Positions 56,521 to 64,000 of a DNA stretch of 64,000 nt are shown piece after piece. Source of the stretch: a virus; IMG/VR virus record IMGVR_UViG_3300022750_000002, positions 2,314-66,313 of that record; one strand, 5' to 3'. The position numbers were made by a program, and so were the translations under genes. The notes beneath the pieces were generated by a model that worked only from the letters and a program-made list of their open reading frames with translations, was not told the origin of the DNA and made no database searches. How positions within the stretch are numbered: position 1 is the first letter of the stretch; the number at the start of each line of letters is the position of its first letter.

Positions 56521-56886
56521 TTACGCCATTTGATTGTTTTCATCGTTGTATACCTTTATAAATTCTACTACAGCACTATAAACAGCATCTATTTTTGATT
56601 TGTAAGATGTTTCGCATGCCATTTGTTTATTTTCAATATCAACAAAGTCACATAAAAATCCTCCATCAGAGTTGTTGCCTTCAATACGGGAATCATAGCC
56701 TAGAGTTTCGATTTTACTTACTACGGGCATCAATTGATTCCATTCTTCATGGTATTTACAGTCTGCTAAATGCATTCTAATCTCGCCACTGCCAATATCT
56801 TTATGAAGTGTCCTTGGCAAGTTTTCATACCTACCCAATTCCCATCCCATGAAATTAGCTATTAATACATTTTTACTTTTTTCCAT
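56521..56886 (-). CDS. Conserved phage protein (IANFMG...YHEEWNQLMPVVSKIE)
   Basis: Recognisable family motifs. Confidence 0.7.
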   Translation of the reverse strand: MEKSKNVLIANFMGWELGRYENLPRTLHKDIGSGEIRMHLADCKYHEEWNQLMPVVSKIETLGYDSRIEGNNSDGGFLCDFVDIENKQMACETSYKSKIDAVYSAVVEFIKVYNDENNQMA

Positions 56887-57045
56887 ATTCGTGTATCAAT
56901 GAATGGTCTAAAATTGATTTAAGATGGCTTTTTGCTAAGTGTGCATCTTTAGGAAAGCATAGGTCAATCATTTGCTTGTACTCCTCGATTATTTCTTCGT
57001 AGTTTTTACGAAACATTTTACTTCCCATATGTATTTATATTTTAA

Positions 57046-57258
57046 TTATTTATATTCAGTCATTATTTCAAAACCCACAAATCTTACTTGCAAAGACTCA
57101 ATAATAGCGTCAAACCAGCCTTGACTAAACAGATGCCTTATAACTTGGATCTGACCTGTTTCAGCCACACTATTATCAACCCTTACACAGTATATCACCT
57201 TAACATCGTATTCTGTTTCTTGAATTGAAACTCCAATTATTTTATTTTGATATTTCAT
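57046..57258 (-). CDS. Hypothetical protein
   Basis: Tiling. Confidence 0.5.
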   Translation of the reverse strand: MKYQNKIIGVSIQETEYDVKVIYCVRVDNSVAETGQIQVIRHLFSQGWFDAIIESLQVRFVGFEIMTEYK

Positions 57259-57302
57259 GATGTTTAGTTTTTATTGCATTTGCTATTAATTCTTGTCATC
57301 AG

Positions 57303-57647
57303 TTAATAAGTTCTTAGTAACTCAAATTTTCCTCCTAATACCTCATTTTTACCGTTTACGATTGCTTTGAGGAAGTTGAAAGAATCAGAGTCAAAATACA
57401 TTACTTCTTCCTTTAAAACCCCATCCATGCCTTCAGTCTGTCTTATAATAGCACAGCTTTCGTGTTTTGTATTTTCACACATCATCAACCTAGTCCAACC
57501 ATAAGGGTTATTCCCTCCGTGGTCTACGTATTCCACTGACTCTATTATTCCATCTCTACAATCGAAGTATTGATTAGCATGAGATTCAATTGTATTTTCT
57601 TTGTCGAGGTACATTTTGTAACCACGTTGATATTTTGCTGTTTCCAT
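57303..57647 (-). CDS. Hypothetical protein
   Basis: Tiling. Confidence 0.65.
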   Translation of the reverse strand: METAKYQRGYKMYLDKENTIESHANQYFDCRDGIIESVEYVDHGGNNPYGWTRLMMCENTKHESCAIIRQTEGMDGVLKEEVMYFDSDSFNFLKAIVNGKNEVLGGKFELLRTY

Positions 57648-57657
57648 TTTTAATATT

Positions 57658-57885
57658 TTATTTAAATAAAGTTTGTAATGAAATTAAATCTGATAGATGT
57701 TTTGCATTTGGGACTTGCATACTATCATTAAGGCATTCAATTTCCACATAAGGTGTTTCTGTAGATATATCTACTGTAATTGTATTGAAATTTTCTTCTT
57801 GGTAATATCTCCACTTTTTCATACCCAATCTTTTAAAACCTATCATTTTTAGATTCTCTTTTGTTATTTCTCCTAATCCATACAT
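57658..57885 (-). CDS. Hypothetical protein
   Basis: Tiling. Confidence 0.6.
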   Translation of the reverse strand: MYGLGEITKENLKMIGFKRLGMKKWRYYQEENFNTITVDISTETPYVEIECLNDSMQVPNAKHLSDLISLQTLFK

Positions 57886-57940
57886 ATCTATTTATATTTT
57901 ATCTTCTAAATCAAAAAGGTATTTGTTCATAGGACGGTGT

Positions 57941-58438
57941 TTAATTCTTTTCATTGGGCTTAAATAAAACGAGCCATGATCCAGTTCTTTCTTCTGCTGT
58001 ATCGAAATCTTTGCAATCTCCTTCGTATTGAATTTGAGAAGAATAATCGAAATATTTTGGTCTACAATCACCGTAAGGATTAACCTCATACACTTGTAAC
58101 TTTTGCATTAGGGATTTGAAGGATTGTATAGGTTCTAAATGATATTTGCCTTTTACATAGTCTTTAAATATAGGTGATTGATGCTCATCATTATCGCTTT
58201 GATAATCTAACATATTCATGGATTGCAATTCTGTAACATCGCTTGTAAGGCCGATATATTCGAAACCAACATCAGGTAAGCTTATTGAAATATAATTATC
58301 TTCTTCATGCTTAGATTGCACTTTAGTTTGAAAATACAAATCAATAATACCTATTTTTGGACAGGTTAAATCACTTGCATCATCCGGAACCTTTACAAAA
58401 AGCACCACTCCTTTGTCTGTTTTCTGTTCTACTTGCAT
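57941..58438 (-). CDS. Hypothetical protein
   Basis: 165-aa ORF on operon strand. Confidence 0.65.
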   Translation of the reverse strand: MQVEQKTDKGVVLFVKVPDDASDLTCPKIGIIDLYFQTKVQSKHEEDNYISISLPDVGFEYIGLTSDVTELQSMNMLDYQSDNDEHQSPIFKDYVKGKYHLEPIQSFKSLMQKLQVYEVNPYGDCRPKYFDYSSQIQYEGDCKDFDTAEERTGSWLVLFKPNEKN

Positions 58439-58755
58439 AATTCAACCTTTATTCTAATTAAATGGCTTAACCTAGGGTGGTTGCTTTCTCTTGCAATCAT
58501 TTCAGCTTCTTTTTTATCATAAGCCTCTATATAATAAACCTCGTGTATTACCCTTGTTAATTTATAATCTTTTCTCTTTTTCATAATAATTATTTTAGGT
58601 TTTGTTTTTTCAATTATTGAATAAGTTATAAAAGCAATAAGTACTTAATCCCTCTACTGTAATGTCTCTAATGAATAGATCATTTTCTTTTATTCTGTTG
58701 TAGGTGGTGGCTGTTAGTTGTATGGTCATGGTTGGTTAATTTAAGGGTGTTTCAT

Positions 58756-59550
58756 TTACTGTATTGTACTTACTTGCATGTGTATTATAGTAATCTTGTT
58801 AGGCTTACGTTTACGAACAAGTCCGTCCTTACCCAAGAAGTAGTTTGACGTATAACACAACTCATAAAAAGCCCTGATATTAATTTTGTCCTTAGAAACT
58901 ATCTCAATATTCTTTTGTGATTTGATCAGTCCAACGGCATTTAACTTCTTTTGTATTTTGTTGCCAGTAGTTGTACTTCTTCTATTTATTAGATTGGCTA
59001 ATCCTTTATTGCTTATGCTATAATAATCCTCTGACTTTTCGGTTTTGTTTTGCAGATAGGTATTTCTCTTTTTAAGTAGTTTCTTGGCTTCTTTTGTAGA
59101 AATGAATTTATCCTCTTGCAGTTTAATGATTTCAGTTTTGAGGTTGGTAATATAGTGTTGTTGCCTAAAGTTTTTTAGTAATCGTGTAAATTGAATATTT
59201 AATATCTGTTTGTTTTTGTCTTTGTCGTATTCTACGGCAATTAGAGGCGATTGGAGCGACTTTCTAAGTTTAGTTGACCCAACTATACAAAGATTGCCGT
59301 TATGCATTGTAATAAGCCCTAATTCGGTAAGCTTCTTTATGTGCCTTTGTAGTGTAGAAATTGATAACCCTGTTTTCTTAGCTGTCTTTCTATATGAAAA
59401 GTTATAGAATTTAGGGTTGGTATAAGTTTTTCTTAGGATGATTAGTATTGAAAGCGAACGTTCCCATTTTTGATCAATAGCGGATTGTATTACCGCTTCG
59501 GGTAGCCAAGTGTATTTATCATAATGGATATTAATTTGTTTCAAAAGCAA
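58756..59550 (-). CDS. Tandem winged-helix DNA-binding protein (Rep-like), TTG start
   Basis: SYRKTAKKTGLSISTLQRHIKKLTELGLI and ISNKGLANLINRRSTTTGNKIQKKLNAVGLI. Confidence 0.7.
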   Translation of the reverse strand: MLLKQINIHYDKYTWLPEAVIQSAIDQKWERSLSILIILRKTYTNPKFYNFSYRKTAKKTGLSISTLQRHIKKLTELGLITMHNGNLCIVGSTKLRKSLQSPLIAVEYDKDKNKQILNIQFTRLLKNFRQQHYITNLKTEIIKLQEDKFISTKEAKKLLKKRNTYLQNKTEKSEDYYSISNKGLANLINRRSTTTGNKIQKKLNAVGLIKSQKNIEIVSKDKINIRAFYELCYTSNYFLGKDGLVRKRKPNKITIIHMQVSTIQ

Positions 59551-59633
59551 AAGGGTTAGCGAATGTAACTTATTACCTTGATTGACGCTGTGGTAGGGCT
59601 TATCGGTAATCTCTGTTAACTCACTAACCCTTT
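59550..59633 (-). promoter_or_regulatory. Long hairpin SL2 sequestering the TTG start region
   Basis: AAAGGGTTAG/CTAACCCTTT, ATTACC/GGTAAT and GAT/ATC stems; 19-nt loop with CCTACCACAGCG. Confidence 0.75.
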
Positions 59634-59692
59634 AGGGGTATATCTTGATGTTGTTGTATGATTGTCCTGCCTACCACAGCGGTTTCAACCAT
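59624..59692 (-). CDS. Leader peptide MVETAVVGRTIIQQHQDIPLKG (not in ORF track)
   Basis: ATG 5 nt after TATCTTTG (59698-59705); stop TAG lies inside the SL2 5' arm. Confidence 0.55.
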   Translation of the reverse strand: MVETAVVGRTIIQQHQDIPLKG

Positions 59693-59716
59693 TACATCAA
59701 AGATATGAATATTATT

Positions 59717-59887
59717 TTATAAGTAACCAAAAGCTATGGCGCAAATTTCTCCAATATCGGCTAAATCTGTTTCTTGTTCATTGTCATCATCACCCTCGCC
59801 ATATATTTCGGCTAACTGATTATCCAAAGCATCCCATTTGTCAGCCTTTATTTTCAAGGCATTGTATTCTTCTTGTGAAATTTCCAT
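59717..59887 (-). CDS. Small acidic protein (56 aa from MEISQEE)
   Basis: 16 D+E vs 3 K; A-rich initiation region before ATG 59887. Confidence 0.65.
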   Translation of the reverse strand: MEISQEEYNALKIKADKWDALDNQLAEIYGEGDDDNEQETDLADIGEICAIAFGYL

Positions 59888-59913
59888 GTTATTTTCTTTA
59901 AATTTTTCTAAAT

Positions 59914-59950
59914 AAAAAACGGTAGATACCTCATCCAAGAATATCTACCG
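59914..59950 (-). terminator. Intrinsic terminator
   Basis: ACGGTAGATA/TATCTACCGT perfect 10-bp stem plus T-tract on the minus strand. Confidence 0.75.
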
Positions 59951-60010
59951 TATCTAAATTAACGCATCTCAATGAATGAACACTGATTACAAGGCTCTCA
60001 CCCCTTGTAG

Positions 60011-60050
60011 AGATGGATGCCGAGTCGAACGGCTTTATCCACTTCCATCT
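60011..60050 (-). ncRNA. tRNA-like minihelix (acceptor stem plus T-arm, no D or anticodon arm)
   Basis: AGATGGA/TCCATCT 7 bp; GCCG-TTCGACT-CGGC. Confidence 0.55.
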
Positions 60051-60661
60051 TATTTATGTTTTAGTAAAAGTTCTTCAAACTCATATTTCGGCAAAGACAT
60101 TAAATACTCAGCCCTATAAGCAGCAATACAGCCTCGCAATCCAAACAATATAGTTTTAGACCATTCTCCTTCATGCCATGTAAAACCATTCTTTTTAAGC
60201 TTGTTTTTACGCTGTGTAGCGGCACTTTCTGTCAACGGCTCTGCAAGTACCCACCCCGTCTTTAAACACTCTATAATAGCCCTACAAGCTTTCTGTGATG
60301 AAGGCATTTCTATTCTAGGTTCTTTACCTTCTAAAAACAATTTATGTTTAAGTAATTTATACCTAACAGGAGCTAATTCATTCGCAAAACCTTTGCAATC
60401 TATTAACACATCGTAGTCAGGCAAATAGTAATCTGGGGTACACTTCATGCCTAAAACAGTCTCGTGTCTATACGTGAAACTTGGTTGTAATTCGTATACA
60501 GGTTTTATATCAAAATTAATGTTATTTTCTTTAAGAAGGTTGTATAAGTAATTTTCGAGTTTACTATCAAAGACTATCCCGTCTTGTTCTACTTTGGTTG
60601 ATTTTATCTTTCGCTTATCCGGTTCTGAACCGTCTTTAGCTTTAAATCTTTGTCTGAACAT
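60050..60661 (-). CDS. DUF1064-family PD-(D/E)XK nuclease
   Basis: KVEQDGIVFDSKLE...YELQPSF...TPDY...IDCKG. Confidence 0.85.
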   Translation of the reverse strand: MFRQRFKAKDGSEPDKRKIKSTKVEQDGIVFDSKLENYLYNLLKENNINFDIKPVYELQPSFTYRHETVLGMKCTPDYYLPDYDVLIDCKGFANELAPVRYKLLKHKLFLEGKEPRIEMPSSQKACRAIIECLKTGWVLAEPLTESAATQRKNKLKKNGFTWHEGEWSKTILFGLRGCIAAYRAEYLMSLPKYEFEELLLKHK

Positions 60662-60928
60662 TTAATCTAATATTTCTAATTCAAATTTTTCTACTTCCCA
60701 CATTTGGAATTTACCAAATTTAGAAGGCTTATATTTAAAGCCATTACTCTCTGAAAATTCTTTATTCCATTCTTCTGATTTAAGATGTTCTTCATATTCT
60801 AAAGCTTTATGTGCTTTCATAGTGGCTATAGCTCCTTTCTTAGTTTTGTGATAAGAGATTGGAAAAGATGAGCTTTCGTAAACCATACTATTATACCAAA
60901 ATACCCATAAGTTTAACTTTCTTTCCAT
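60662..60928 (-). CDS. Hypothetical protein
   Basis: Tiling. Confidence 0.65.
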   Translation of the reverse strand: MERKLNLWVFWYNSMVYESSSFPISYHKTKKGAIATMKAHKALEYEEHLKSEEWNKEFSESNGFKYKPSKFGKFQMWEVEKFELEILD

Positions 60929-60943
60929 TTGCTGTTGGTTTAG

Positions 60944-61177
60944 TTATTTCTTTTTATACAACCTACCATCTAAAGTAGTATTGCCTAGTGATTTAAGCTT
61001 TTCAAGTGTTTTAAGCCTTTCTGAGACACTATCTTCTCTGTATGGGTCAATGCCTGCCTTAAAGTACTTAGATTCGTCAGGCACGTTATTTACTAAGCTC
61101 CATCTCCCGTCTTCTGATGACTGCCAAACTACTTTGCCATTATCATCATATTTAAAGTTTCCTTTTTCTGTTTTCAT
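60944..61177 (-). CDS. Hypothetical protein
   Basis: Tiling. Confidence 0.55.
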   Translation of the reverse strand: MKTEKGNFKYDDNGKVVWQSSEDGRWSLVNNVPDESKYFKAGIDPYREDSVSERLKTLEKLKSLGNTTLDGRLYKKK

Positions 61178-61521
61178 AGTCGGTTAAGTTTTTCCACAAT
61201 GTAATCGGCTAAATCATCCTGAATATCTGCTGCGGTTTCTGAATCTAAATTCAATCCTCCTGTGCCAGTTAAATAACCCCAACCTCTCATGAGAATAAGT
61301 TGTTTCCCGTTTATACTTATTACTCCTTCCTCATGTTTGTATTCATTTTTAATTTTTGGTTTAGCATTGCCGTTAATTATATTCTCAAACTCTCTTGCTT
61401 TATCTTTAGGCAGGTTTATTAAGAATTGAAAGGCAAAGTTATGATTGGCATCCCAAACCCAACCAAGCATATCATCTACCTTAAATGGTGGCGTAAAAGC
61501 CTTTTCAAATATTCTTTTCAT
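61174..61521 (-). CDS. Conserved hypothetical protein (MRGWGYLTG.GGLNL)
   Basis: Family motif. Confidence 0.7.
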   Translation of the reverse strand: MKRIFEKAFTPPFKVDDMLGWVWDANHNFAFQFLINLPKDKAREFENIINGNAKPKIKNEYKHEEGVISINGKQLILMRGWGYLTGTGGLNLDSETAADIQDDLADYIVEKLNRL

Positions 61522-61616
61522 CTTTCTTAGCTTTAATGTTATAAACCACCCATGCTACATAAGCTACACTCCACCAGAATAGAGTAGTGTATATTGCTGT
61601 TTCAATTACTGTCATA

Positions 61617-61961
61617 TCAATATAAGTTTTCACTGATTAACATTGGATTATCTTTATCTTCCATTCCTGCTCCATAAACTATCTGTCCAGCTGCTTTGGC
61701 TATATAATAGCCTTCCTTTCTGTCTACGTGTCTGTCAAGGTTATTTATAAAGCCCTGAACGTCCCTCCCAGATCTTTCAATTAGTTTAAGAGCGTTTTCA
61801 TTGCCAATCCCTAAAGTCTTTGCAATCGCTTGTAAAGAAGTATAACAGTTATGATGCCTACGCCCACAGATGACAAATCCGGTCTTAATGTTTTTAGGTT
61901 GATGCTCGTGTATTTTTCCATCGTCGAAATGGATGCTCGCACAAAGGATTCTTTCGGTCAT
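61617..61961 (-). CDS. Conserved phage protein (ICGRRHHNCY...QGF...LISENLY)
   Basis: Family motif, putative metal-binding site. Confidence 0.75.
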   Translation of the reverse strand: MTERILCASIHFDDGKIHEHQPKNIKTGFVICGRRHHNCYTSLQAIAKTLGIGNENALKLIERSGRDVQGFINNLDRHVDRKEGYYIAKAAGQIVYGAGMEDKDNPMLISENLY

Positions 61962-62191
61962 ATTAGTTTGTTTAGTAATTCATTCTCTACTTCTTGTATT
62001 GTTTGTTCGTCGTCTATCCAGCTTTTATTTATAGCCTCTTGTAAAGCTAGTTTAACACACTGTCTGCCGTATTCAATCATTGCTTTTATAGCGGAGTCTA
62101 CTGAAACTATGGCAGTATGAGTAAGCATCTCGTCTATATTTGTGGAATCGATATAGTTTAGTGTGTCAATTGCTATTTTAAAATCTTCCAT
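61958..62191 (-). CDS. Hypothetical protein
   Basis: Tiling. Confidence 0.6.
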   Translation of the reverse strand: MEDFKIAIDTLNYIDSTNIDEMLTHTAIVSVDSAIKAMIEYGRQCVKLALQEAINKSWIDDEQTIQEVENELLNKLI

Positions 62192-62192
62192 A

Positions 62193-62483
62193 TTAATCTT
62201 TACTTAAAACCTGTGTATGAAAAAGCAAAATCAATTCATCCCAATTTTCATCTAAATATTGATCAATTGGAATCCAACTCTCTACTTCCTCTTCTACGTT
62301 ATTAGGATCGCTTACAATGCCGCTTCCTGCTACAAGTAATACTTCGTCCTTTCTATTCAATTCATGCTCTTGTATGAAGTCTAATAGCCTCTGTGTAGGG
62401 AATGACATTTTAGCATTATTAGATAATATTAAAGTAGTTAATCCCTTATGTTCTTCTGAATGCTTAATTGTTATTGGTTTCAT
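62193..62483 (-). CDS. Hypothetical protein
   Basis: Tiling. Confidence 0.6.
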   Translation of the reverse strand: MKPITIKHSEEHKGLTTLILSNNAKMSFPTQRLLDFIQEHELNRKDEVLLVAGSGIVSDPNNVEEEVESWIPIDQYLDENWDELILLFHTQVLSKD

Positions 62484-63156
62484 TTCCTAATAGTTTATTT
62501 TGTTCATGCAATGCCTGTAGACCTAAAACACTAATCTTATGTTGAATGGCATTCTCAACCTCTGTTTTAGCCTCAAATACAACTTCGTCCATTGTCTCTT
62601 GGAAACATTTAGCAAAAAAGGGAATATTACTAGATACCTCGGTTGTTAGCCAATCTAAATGGTGTGTAAGGTCTTCAATATCTTTCTTGGATAAAGTCTT
62701 CTTTTTAACAAGTTCTTTCGCCTCAAGTTGTCTTTTACGTATTTTATCGGCAAACATCTTCATTCTGTCTTCAAACTTCCGATGAACAAACTCTTTACGG
62801 TTTTCTTGTTGTGGTAAATCTTGAATTTTCCTACCATCAACATATTCAAGCGTGCATGGGATGCCACTACCCCTATTCATAGAAGTAATCATTTCACTAA
62901 ACTGTCCTGATGACATTCTAAGTTTAATTAAAGGAGTCCCGTGAGCAAAATACCAGTCTTGTGTAAGAGTTCTGTTTATTTCAGATGGCAGAACCTCCAT
63001 TTGTATGTAATGATCTTGCGGTAATTCGCTTCCATAAAACCTAGCTGAATTAGATTGTATTCTACTGAAACTTATTTGAGCAAAACTTTCGTGTTTAACT
63101 CTTTCTTCTTCTTTTTCCATGATTAATTTCTTTACTTTTTTCAACTTCTTTATCAA
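62464..63156 (-). CDS. Conserved phage protein (HESFAQISFSR...MNRGSGIPCT)
   Basis: Family motifs; probable start MEKEEER. Confidence 0.75.
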   Translation of the reverse strand: MIKKLKKVKKLIMEKEEERVKHESFAQISFSRIQSNSARFYGSELPQDHYIQMEVLPSEINRTLTQDWYFAHGTPLIKLRMSSGQFSEMITSMNRGSGIPCTLEYVDGRKIQDLPQQENRKEFVHRKFEDRMKMFADKIRKRQLEAKELVKKKTLSKKDIEDLTHHLDWLTTEVSSNIPFFAKCFQETMDEVVFEAKTEVENAIQHKISVLGLQALHEQNKLLGNETNNN

Positions 63157-63313
63157 ATGCTTCCCTTGTACCCTTTAGAATATTAGCTTTAATTTCTTTA
63201 GTCATAGAATCGTATAACTCCTTCATACTCTTTCTTACTCTTAAAGGCATTCCTACCATTTTATCTTCTGCCTCCGGACGACCTCCAACGTTTCTCTCTT
63301 TCTCTTCTTCCAT
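63095..63313 (-). CDS. Small ribbon-helix-helix-like DNA-binding protein
   Basis: GGRPEA...MPLRVRKS pattern. Confidence 0.5.
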   Translation of the reverse strand: MEEEKERNVGGRPEAEDKMVGMPLRVRKSMKELYDSMTKEIKANILKGTREAFDKEVEKSKEINHGKRRRKS

Positions 63314-63318
63314 GCTTT

Positions 63319-63951
63319 TTAAATCTTAACCTCGTTTTTATCCATTAATGTTTTAGCAAATAAATCAATGAAATGTTGCTGAAACTCTCTGGTATGATCT
63401 TTAAATCCTGTGTTGAAATGCTCATTTTCTTCTATAAGAGTAGTAACTAGGTCGAATAAACTTTTATTCTTTACACACTCGCTAATCATTACTTCTTTGG
63501 AATCAACATTTACGCTAGCCCATATTCTTTTATCGCCAAATACACCAAATATAAATTTCAACTCAGGATGCATAAAGTATCCGCAACTTTCTAATATCGC
63601 CAACCCTTGCTTAACTTTTAATTCTAATTCAGCATCATAAATTTCAAAGAACTCATTGACTTTGTCTGCAATCCTCAACGCTCCGATACCATCGAACTGC
63701 TTTGTAAGGAATTTATAGACCTTCTCCGGCACTATTAAGCAAGAGGTAGTATCAAAGTCTAGTCCTCTTGAAATAATAGCTTCTACAGCTTTTTTATGGA
63801 TTATTTTTGTTACACCGATAACCTTCCTCCATGTTTGATGAAAAGTCATGTACCAATCATAATCCATAGTACCTTCGTAATACTCTTCGCTTATGTTCTC
63901 TAGATAGAATTGAACTGTCTTTTCTGATGCCGTCGCTAAGGCATAGGTCAT
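63319..63951 (-). CDS. Hypothetical protein, probably 5'-truncated
   Basis: Frame stays open upstream to the window end (64000). Confidence 0.65.
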   Translation of the reverse strand: MTYALATASEKTVQFYLENISEEYYEGTMDYDWYMTFHQTWRKVIGVTKIIHKKAVEAIISRGLDFDTTSCLIVPEKVYKFLTKQFDGIGALRIADKVNEFFEIYDAELELKVKQGLAILESCGYFMHPELKFIFGVFGDKRIWASVNVDSKEVMISECVKNKSLFDLVTTLIEENEHFNTGFKDHTREFQQHFIDLFAKTLMDKNEVKI

Positions 63952-64000
63952 TTGACAAGATACATTCCCTCTAAATTCTCTTAGTTCATTTATGTCGGCA

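Noticed and set aside
60034-60042. DnaA-box-like TTATCCACT in the minihelix linker
   Set aside because: A single 8/9 match is expected by chance in AT-rich DNA.
1-64000. CRISPR mini-array
   Set aside because: No regularly spaced 25-47 nt direct repeats found by eye.

Overview
The window is a large part (possibly most) of an AT-rich Bacteroidota podovirus genome. The virion module resembles crAss-like relatives such as Pachyviridae; this placement is inferred from gene order and size, not from a search. Layout: (1) a leftward early operon (3364 to 1, with a similar leftward block 64000 to 51932) of small host-takeover, recombination and replication genes; (2) a non-coding hub (3400-4990) with divergent Bacteroidota sigma-A promoters, a free-standing GIY-YIG gene and iteron-like repeats; (3) a rightward middle operon (RepL-like, ASCH, NinB-like, MazG-like, Tad2-like); (4) an insulated cassette of 8 tRNA genes; (5) a Cro-HNH-Rep-DnaB-methyltransferase-GroES replication block; (6) terminase, portal, scaffold, major capsid, ring, muzzle and ejection proteins, tail fibres including an SGNH spike, and a lysis cassette. 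I recognised no integrase, DNA polymerase or virion RNA polymerase. The standout observation is a 26-codon leader ORF missing from the ORF track (10575-10655, MNKQQQYCFSFSWSIQTDRGLLYFDV). Its 13 consecutive sensor codons are exactly those read by the eight downstream tRNAs, and it overlaps an antiterminator/terminator pair. This looks like a multi-input ribosome-stalling attenuator that turns on the phage's replacement tRNAs when the matching host tRNAs are depleted. Also notable: a leader-peptide/kissing-loop switch on a TTG-start tandem winged-helix gene, a tRNA-like minihelix, and two large structured intergenic RNAs in the early operon. All base-pairing was worked out by eye; no folding program or database search was run.
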